Source: Bdellovibrionota bacterium
GTDB lineage: Bacteria > Bdellovibrionota_G > JALEGL01 > DATDPG01
Direction of reading: 5' to 3'
Assembly (NCBI GenBank): GCA_963668355.1
Contig: OY764265.1
Location: 1,984,001-2,048,000 of the forward strand
DNA: 64,000 bases
In this document: one piece after another, positions 57,869-64,000 of the stretch
Layout: the number at the start of each line of letters is the position of its first letter
Position numbering within the stretch: position 1 is the first letter of the stretch
Position numbers and translations under genes: made by a program
The notes under the pieces: model-generated
The model's input: only the letters and a program-made list of their open reading frames with translations
Told to the model about the DNA's origin: nothing
Database searches by the model: none

Positions 57869-57904
57869 CAAAAGGCCATCCGAAAGGGATGGCCTTTTGT
57901 TTTT
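57869..57904. terminator. Bidirectional intrinsic terminator
   Basis: CAAAAGGCCATCC-GAAAG-GGATGGCCTTTTG followed by a T-run; lies between convergent genes. Confidence 0.85.
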
Positions 57905-57913
57905 GGACAAATT

Positions 57914-58630
57914 TCAATCGTTTAATAAAGCAAAAATCTTGTCTGCCAGTGTGGCAGCTCGAACGCGTAGCTCTTCTTTAGTGCAGCCTTGGCGTTCGGC
58001 CATGGTCTCTTCGTCGGCATATCCGAATTGCACCAGCTCTTGTAAGAATTTTTGATCCTGGGGGGCACATTTCGTCAGGAAGATACGAACTTCCATGGAT
58101 TTTGCTCGGCTTTTTGAAGCCGATTCGAGCAATGTGATGATTTGTTCGTAGGATGCTTCGCTCTCTTTGGCCTCTCGAACGACTTCATCTGGGTCTTCTT
58201 GAGGCTCTTCTTCGTCGTCGTCCTCCGGGAATCCCATAAATTTTTCCAACATGTTTTGGGCTTCTTCCGAGAGTTGAACTTGGGGCCATCCGTATTCATC
58301 TGTCCCCCAACTCATGACCCCTTGACCTGTAGCCGTGAGATATCGGTTGAGGACCAAGAGGAGAGGGGGGTTCTCCTTTGGACAACCAGGGCTTTCAAAG
58401 ATGATGGCGCTTTTACATTTTTTCAAGCGCTCCAAGATCGGCTTCTCCAGTTGGTTTTCCTCTTTGACGTCTTCGACCCAGGTTTCAGGATCTTCGACCC
58501 AGCCATCGGCGTTTAAAGAGGGCCTTCCTGGATTGGCTTCTTCATAGTCCACAATCCATTGTTGGATCTCATCCACAACCGCTTCTGCGGTCTTTTGGTT
58601 CTTTTCTGAAAGAAGGGTCCAGTAATTCAT
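57914..58630 (-). CDS. Hypothetical acidic protein
   Basis: Long ORF filling the gap between terminator and PilZ gene; no recognised motif. Start ATG 58630 assumed. Confidence 0.55.
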   Translation of the reverse strand: MNYWTLLSEKNQKTAEAVVDEIQQWIVDYEEANPGRPSLNADGWVEDPETWVEDVKEENQLEKPILERLKKCKSAIIFESPGCPKENPPLLLVLNRYLTATGQGVMSWGTDEYGWPQVQLSEEAQNMLEKFMGFPEDDDEEEPQEDPDEVVREAKESEASYEQIITLLESASKSRAKSMEVRIFLTKCAPQDQKFLQELVQFGYADEETMAERQGCTKEELRVRAATLADKIFALLND

Positions 58631-58737
58631 GCGGCCCCTGCTACCATAGATGAGGCCTCTTTTCAAAAGCCTGCCTGAAATTTTGAGGGTCACGCAAGTG
58701 GCTGGTGGAATGTTGTGAATTTCGATAGGTTTAGATC

Positions 58738-59418
58738 ATGAGTGATTCTGACAGACGCGTTCATGTTCGTGTTCAAGTCGAAACCAAAGTTCGCGTATCC
58801 GCTCCAAATGGCGTTTTCGAAGGGCAGGTCCGCGACCTGTCCAAAGGTGGCGCAGGGATTTATTTGGATGAAGTGGTTGGAAAACAAGGAGATTCCATCG
58901 AGTTGTTTCTTCCCATAGAGGAAGGCGATGACATCGTTGTGATGGCCGAAATTCTTCGTGTGGTCTACACTTCTCGCGGAATCCTCCATGGGACGCGTTT
59001 TCAGATGGTCGAGCCTTCCATGAGAGAGAAACTCTTGGAATTGATTGAAAAATTGGTGAAAGAGGCGGGGGGAGGAAAAAGGAAACACGCCCGTCTTTCT
59101 CAACGCTTGCCCATTGAAGTCGATAACCTAAAAGATTTTAAGGCGAATATTGAAAATATATCCATGGGTGGCTTAGCCATGGTGGTTGAGGAGCCCCTTG
59201 TTTTGGATCAAGAGGTGGAGCTATCCATTCCCGACTTGGAGGGAAATGAACTTTTGGTGGTTAAGGGGCGTGTGATTCATCAAACCCAGCTTAGCGAAGA
59301 ATATGCTCAAGGTTGCCGGGTTGGGCTTGAGTTTGAAGAATTGTCTGCCGAAGATCGAACTCTATTGGCGAAGCTCTTGGTGGATATTCTACAAAAACAA
59401 GACGACGAAAAAAGCTAA
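58738..59418 (+). CDS. Tandem PilZ-domain protein (c-di-GMP receptor)
   Basis: Two intact motif sets: RVHVR with DLSKGG, and RKHAR with NISMGG. Confidence 0.88.
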   Translation: MSDSDRRVHVRVQVETKVRVSAPNGVFEGQVRDLSKGGAGIYLDEVVGKQGDSIELFLPIEEGDDIVVMAEILRVVYTSRGILHGTRFQMVEPSMREKLLELIEKLVKEAGGGKRKHARLSQRLPIEVDNLKDFKANIENISMGGLAMVVEEPLVLDQEVELSIPDLEGNELLVVKGRVIHQTQLSEEYAQGCRVGLEFEELSAEDRTLLAKLLVDILQKQDDEKS

Positions 59419-59496
59419 ACCTAGTTAAGGGTTTGTTTCTGGGCATCTTTACGAAACCTTGATAAATCTACGATCTTAATATCTGTCGACTATCTG

Positions 59497-60978
59497 ATGG
59501 GGGAAATCATGCAGACAAGCAGCAGCTGGTTTGGACATCCACGCGGTCTTTCAACTCTTTTCTTTACCGAACTCTGGGAGCGCATGAGTTATTACGGAAT
59601 GCGCGCCTTGTTGGTTTTATTCATGACCGAGCAAATTGCAAGAGGTGGTTTGGGTATGAGCGTGGGTAAGGCGACGGCCATTTATGGTCTTTATACATTT
59701 GGCGTGTATGCCTTGGCTCTCCCTGGAGGGTGGATGGCTGACAAACTTCTTGGCCAGAGAAAGGCTGTACTGGTCGGAGGGATATTGATTGCTTGCGGGC
59801 ATTATACTTTGGCCATTCCAGCGCTTTTCGCCTTTTATTTGGGTCTAGGGCTGATTGTCTTGGGGACGGGCCTACTCAAACCCAATGTAAGTGCCATTGT
59901 CGGGGAACTATACCCGGAAGGTGGAGCGCGAAGAGATGCAGGATTCTCCATTTTCTATATGGGCATCAATATCGGCGCCATCATTGGTCCCTTTGCCTGT
60001 TCGACCCTCGGGGAGAAGGTCAATTGGCACTTAGGTTTTAGCGCGGCCGGAATCGGAATGACGTTGGGGTTGATTCAGTATGTGATCGGGCAAAAACACC
60101 TTCAAGGCATTGGAGACGTCAAAGATGAGGCGGCGGCTCCGGAGGCCCTGAAGCGTTCCTGGAAGTATTTCTTTTTTGGTGTGGCCGCCACAGTGTTTTT
60201 AACGTTTGTGGTTGCCGCTCTGAGTATGGCGGAAATCTTGCCGTTGACGTTGGTTGGATTTGTTCGAGCCACCGGCGTTTTGTTGGTGATTCTCGCCATT
60301 CTCTATTTTGCCTGGATCATTCTGTTTGTTTGTCAAAATCGGGATGAGCAGAAGCGCGTGGCCGCGATCGCGACCCTGTTCTTTGGGGCCGCCATGTTTT
60401 GGTCGGGCTTTGAGCAAGCCGGATCCTCCATGAACCTTTTCGCCCGAGATTTTACGAACCGCGTTTTTATGGGATGGGAAGTCCCGGTTGGATATTTCCA
60501 AAACATCAATCCTCTGTTCATTGTCATCTTGGCCCCTGTTGCGGGAAGCCTCTGGGTTCGACTTGGAAAGCGAAACCCTTCCATTCCCGCGAAGTTTGGC
60601 TATGGCCTTTTCTTATTGGCGGTTGGCTTCTTCGTTTTGGCTTGGGGTTCCATGCATGCCAGCGCAGAAAATCAAGTGGGGCCCATGTGGCTGATCGTAA
60701 CCTACTTTTTCCACACGGTGGGTGAACTTTGCTTAAGTCCCGTTGGCTTAAGTAGCATTACCAAACTTTCCCCCAAACGAATGGTGGGGCAAATGATGGG
60801 AACCTGGTTTTTGGGTGCGGCGTTGGGCAACCTGATTGCCGGATTGGTTGCGGGGTATTTGGAAACGTTGCCCACAAATCAATTGTTTTTTGTCGTGGCA
60901 TCCATCGCAGCAGGTACTGGATTTCTCTTCCTCCTCTTTTCGGCTCCCATTCGAAAGATGACCGGGGGGGTAACCTGA
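59497..60978 (+). CDS. POT family di-/tripeptide:H+ symporter (DtpT-like)
   Basis: FGHPRGL, ELWERMSYYGMRA, GLLKPN, FSIFYMGINIGA, FEQAGSS, GELCLSPVGLS. Confidence 0.93.
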   Translation: MGEIMQTSSSWFGHPRGLSTLFFTELWERMSYYGMRALLVLFMTEQIARGGLGMSVGKATAIYGLYTFGVYALALPGGWMADKLLGQRKAVLVGGILIACGHYTLAIPALFAFYLGLGLIVLGTGLLKPNVSAIVGELYPEGGARRDAGFSIFYMGINIGAIIGPFACSTLGEKVNWHLGFSAAGIGMTLGLIQYVIGQKHLQGIGDVKDEAAAPEALKRSWKYFFFGVAATVFLTFVVAALSMAEILPLTLVGFVRATGVLLVILAILYFAWIILFVCQNRDEQKRVAAIATLFFGAAMFWSGFEQAGSSMNLFARDFTNRVFMGWEVPVGYFQNINPLFIVILAPVAGSLWVRLGKRNPSIPAKFGYGLFLLAVGFFVLAWGSMHASAENQVGPMWLIVTYFFHTVGELCLSPVGLSSITKLSPKRMVGQMMGTWFLGAALGNLIAGLVAGYLETLPTNQLFFVVASIAAGTGFLFLLFSAPIRKMTGGVT

Positions 60979-60982
60979 TCCG

Positions 60983-61564
60983 TTATTGAGGTTGTTTTTT
61001 TTCGGGCGAATAAACGCGATCTGCCAGTCTCAATAAGTTGGAGCTGATGGACAAATGGGCCTGTTGGATGGCTTGCGTGTTGATGCTGAAACGGACACGC
61101 TTGTTTTGAATGAAGAGTTGGATCATGCCCCCTTCTTTTAGAAATTCGTCCGATTCTCCGACCGTCAGCGATTCCCGGTGCGTGAGGTCGTTGATCACAA
61201 AAGGTAGGTTCATCGTTTTTTTGGGGAAAAATAAGAGATGACACGAATTCGCACTTTCCGGAGTGCCTATCGTTTTTTCAAGGACGTGTTTGCCGCCGAT
61301 GCGTTGATCCTTCAAAAGCCTTTTTAGGTGTCCCTCGAAAGTATTTTCTCTGAAGTTACAGATCACAAAGGAGTTGTTTTTTTTAAGGGGAGATTTTTCT
61401 GGGTATGTCACAAATTTCAAAAAGTTGAACAGAAACGCGGCCTTCAGCTCTTGTTCCGAGACGGAACGCGCGAAAGAAAACGAGGGAAGGATCAATAGGA
61501 ATAAAAGCGCGCTTAGCTCCGCCTTGGAATGAGCGCGTCGAATTTTTCGCAATGGCAATCCCAT
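60983..61564 (-). CDS. YfiR family (DUF4154) periplasmic protein
   Basis: EQELKAAFLFNFLKFVTYP, CHLLFF, LTVGE, GGMI, FSIN, ISSNLLRLA. Confidence 0.9.
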   Translation of the reverse strand: MGLPLRKIRRAHSKAELSALLFLLILPSFSFARSVSEQELKAAFLFNFLKFVTYPEKSPLKKNNSFVICNFRENTFEGHLKRLLKDQRIGGKHVLEKTIGTPESANSCHLLFFPKKTMNLPFVINDLTHRESLTVGESDEFLKEGGMIQLFIQNKRVRFSINTQAIQQAHLSISSNLLRLADRVYSPEKKQPQ

Positions 61565-61740
61565 CCTATATTCGGGCTTTCGCTGGTTGTTGGGTAATCA
61601 TCACTCGCACTTCCCCCCAAGTGCTTTTGTTTCTAGAAAGTATTAAGTGAGTTTTAACAGTCGAGCATCAAAACACAAACAGATTTCGTTTCCAAGGGGG
61701 GGCACCCTTCGTGGGAGGCTTCAGAGAAAGAATCAAACGG

Positions 61741-62916
61741 TTAACCTGTTGTTTTTTTGGTGGAAAGTGTCTCTTCTGTTTTTTTCTCATTCCGGGGAGG
61801 CGTCGGGAGGGGAGGTCCTGGATTTACTTTCTTTTCAACGATGGGCCCTTTTCTTTGTGGGGGCTTTCGGGGGCCTCGGGGTCGGAAGGGTTTCCGCGGT
61901 TTGGTAGAGGCCTCACCCTCGGGAGATCCCGGTTTAGCATCGGTTCGGGGACGCCTTCCCCGAAAAGGTCTTCGGCGACGGCCTTGGTCTTCTTTTCTGT
62001 CTTCTCCAGGCTTTCCTTCTTTACGGGGGCGACGACTTCTTCCCTGCTTGTCGCGGCCTCGATCCTTTCGTTTCCGGTCCCGGCCTTTTCGTTCTCCTTT
62101 TCCTCTTTTCTCGGGTTCCGGTTTTTTGGGAAGGGAAAGGTATTCCGCGACATAAAAAAGATCGTCGATGTTTCTGCCACCCGCAGGCATTTTGTCCGTT
62201 TCTTTCTCGGGTTTTAGAACAACCACTTTTCGAAGGAATTTAATTCGCTTTCGATCAATGACGTCTAGGGCATTCATCACATATTGGATGCGCTCTTCTC
62301 TCCATTTGAAACGTTTTTCCATCTCCTGGGAAAAAGGTTCACGAATGGCTTCCAGCTTCTCTTTTCGTTCCTTTGCCCGGCGCTCGCGCTCTTCTTTTCG
62401 TTTCTGCTGAAGGAGTTCATATCGTTCATCCGCATTGAGAATCTTTTTTTCAGCCTTTTGCGGCGCTTCTTCAACGGAAGGGGACGGATCATTTTCTGGT
62501 TTGGATGTTTGCTCTTCCAAAGGTGGGTCTTGGAGCTCAACGTTAGAAGCATCTTCCTCAGTTACATTCGTTGTTTCTGAGGCTTCGTTGGGAATCTCTG
62601 GAGTCGAAGAGTCTTTCGCATCGACATTTTCATCTTTCTCAAAATCTTGAGAAGGAGGTTCGGTTTTCTTGTCATCCGTTTCAGAGGCAGGCTCCTCCGT
62701 TTGAGGGGTTGCAGAATCTTCGTTTGGCTTTTCCGTGTGACCTTTAAGCAGGTCACCTCGAACTTGGTAAGCTTCTCGTAATTCAATCCCAGATATTTGC
62801 GTCAACGTTTTCATTGAATATTTACTCCACAGTCCTTTCCTGCGTTTTCTACCTGATCGGAACTCAAAAGAAAACTCTCTCTGATCCAAAACTCTAAGAA
62901 CCGTTCCAGTGGTCAT
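61741..62916 (-). CDS. Hypothetical protein with acidic disordered region, coiled coil and Arg/Lys/Pro-rich tail
   Basis: 391-aa ORF with compositionally distinct blocks; no recognised domain. Confidence 0.6.
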   Translation of the reverse strand: MTTGTVLRVLDQREFSFEFRSGRKRRKGLWSKYSMKTLTQISGIELREAYQVRGDLLKGHTEKPNEDSATPQTEEPASETDDKKTEPPSQDFEKDENVDAKDSSTPEIPNEASETTNVTEEDASNVELQDPPLEEQTSKPENDPSPSVEEAPQKAEKKILNADERYELLQQKRKEERERRAKERKEKLEAIREPFSQEMEKRFKWREERIQYVMNALDVIDRKRIKFLRKVVVLKPEKETDKMPAGGRNIDDLFYVAEYLSLPKKPEPEKRGKGERKGRDRKRKDRGRDKQGRSRRPRKEGKPGEDRKEDQGRRRRPFRGRRPRTDAKPGSPEGEASTKPRKPFRPRGPRKPPQRKGPIVEKKVNPGPPLPTPPRNEKKTEETLSTKKTTG

Positions 62917-63065
62917 TTCTCTTGAAAGTTGGCTTCAAATTCTCTCCCACCGAGTCGCTTTTCGGCGAACTGCAAAGAGTTTCGAGAAGGCTCGAATCCC
63001 CCTTTTTTTGAGGAAAAAGGTCGCCATAAATATCAATAATATCAGCGACTTAAAATTTATCGCTT

Positions 63066-63081
63066 TGGCATATAGGTTGCT
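63066..63081 (+). promoter_or_regulatory. Sigma54 (-24/-12) promoter
   Basis: TGGCATATAGGTTGCT with correct spacing; perfect IHF consensus TATCAGCGACTTA (WATCARNNNNTTR) at 63040-63052. Confidence 0.7.
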
Positions 63082-63094
63082 ATTTATTCGCGGG

Positions 63095-64000
63095 ATGAAG
63101 CGAGGGGAAAGCCACAGGGTATGGATTTATTTGGGAATCGTGATTTCATTTTGTATTTGGGTGCCGGACACGCACGCGGATCTCGAATCGATCGAGATTG
63201 TTCCTTCGTTCGAAACAGCCGGTCTTTATGTTGAAAGCACACAATCTTCGGATTTTTTGTGGGCCGGAATTCGTTTGGCATCTTCAACTGAAAACTTTCG
63301 TGAAATTCATGATTTTGTGCGATTTGATGCCTCTCATTTAGCCACGACTCTGTTCGATCTCAGTCCCGGAACGGAATACGAAGTTCGTGTACAGCAAGGG
63401 TTGAATGTATATTTCCGTTCCTTTACCACCCGCGAATTTCAATTGCCTGCTCCTCTGCGAATTGTATCCGTTCATTCCAGATCCGAATTAGAAGCCGCAA
63501 TTGGAGGTTCCTTGCCGGGCGATGAGATTCGAATATTTCCTGGAAATTATGGAGGAGATTTCTACCTCACTCGCTCCGGTTCGGAAGATCACCCCGTTGT
63601 TTTGAGCGGGCAGGTTCTTGAGACGGAAAAAGAAAAACCCATTTGGGAAAGGGATGGGCTTCCGGTGTTGAGCCACGGAGATGACTATGGAATTTTCATT
63701 TCCGGGGATCATGTCGTGATCCAAAATCTGCGAATTCAACACAATCACCATGGTGGCATTCGCCTGTTTGGTGCTTTTGGATGTGTTATTCAAGAAAACC
63801 AAATTTATGACAATGAATCGGGAGATTCATCGCTGCGATCGAACGTTTTAATTACGGGAGGGGAAGAGGTTGGAGGTCGTCATCTGATCCAGAACAATCA
63901 TGTCGCAGACTTGGAGCATGATACGCCGTTCGAGGTTGAAGTTAGTGGCGACCCGACCGTAACTTACTATGGAATAAAACAAGATGACGATCCAGGGCCA
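63095..64000 (+). CDS. Secreted FN3-like and right-handed beta-helix protein, truncated at the window edge
   Basis: Not in the track; open to the window end by hand translation. Signal peptide ending THA; LFDLSPGTEYEVRV; PGDEIRIFPGNY; SGSEDHPVVL; HVVIQNLRI; VIQENQIYDN; LIQNNHV. Confidence 0.8.
   Translation, partial: MKRGESHRVWIYLGIVISFCIWVPDTHADLESIEIVPSFETAGLYVESTQSSDFLWAGIRLASSTENFREIHDFVRFDASHLATTLFDLSPGTEYEVRVQQGLNVYFRSFTTREFQLPAPLRIVSVHSRSELEAAIGGSLPGDEIRIFPGNYGGDFYLTRSGSEDHPVVLSGQVLETEKEKPIWERDGLPVLSHGDDYGIFISGDHVVIQNLRIQHNHHGGIRLFGAFGCVIQENQIYDNESGDSSLRSNVLITGGEEVGGRHLIQNNHVADLEHDTPFEVEVSGDPTVTYYGIKQDDDPGP

Noticed and set aside
1..64000. Prophage, IS element, integron, CRISPR, DGR/retron or defence system
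   Set aside because: No integrase, transposase, reverse transcriptase, cas, nuclease or phage structural motifs were seen, and no direct-repeat arrays.

Overview
A gene-dense bacterial chromosomal segment with about 50 CDS. I found no rRNA, tRNA, CRISPR array, transposase, integrase or phage genes. The many PilZ proteins, the sigma54 system, type IV minor pilins and peptide-scavenging genes suggest a 'deltaproteobacterial' (Bdellovibrionota/Myxococcota-like) host; this is inference. Housekeeping and metabolic content: GH57 plus glgC, M14/M24/M1 peptidases, three POT/MFS peptide transporters, an OlsF-like acyltransferase, a LOG protein, a Mesh1-like HD hydrolase, a ferredoxin, an Rrf2-IscA-deaminase-like cluster, a fused acyl-CoA dehydratase activase with an acyl-CoA dehydrogenase, an OtsB1-like HAD-T6PP-GH65 fusion, a MATE transporter and glnS. 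The most unusual signals are: (1) two intergenic hairpins 11.7 kb apart that share a 21-nt loop and basal flanks but have unrelated stems; (2) a ~200-nt rod-like candidate ncRNA with a minus-strand terminator; (3) three paralogous proteins combining a degenerate cNMP-binding domain with several PilZ domains; (4) a sigma54-driven minor-pilin module with a 22-Cys secreted protein where PilY1 usually sits; (5) a glnS / PSD-like / TPR / membrane SAM-transferase operon; (6) a sigma54-driven permease paired with an FTR1-like cytochrome that lacks REXXE motifs. All annotation is by eye from motifs; no database searches were run.
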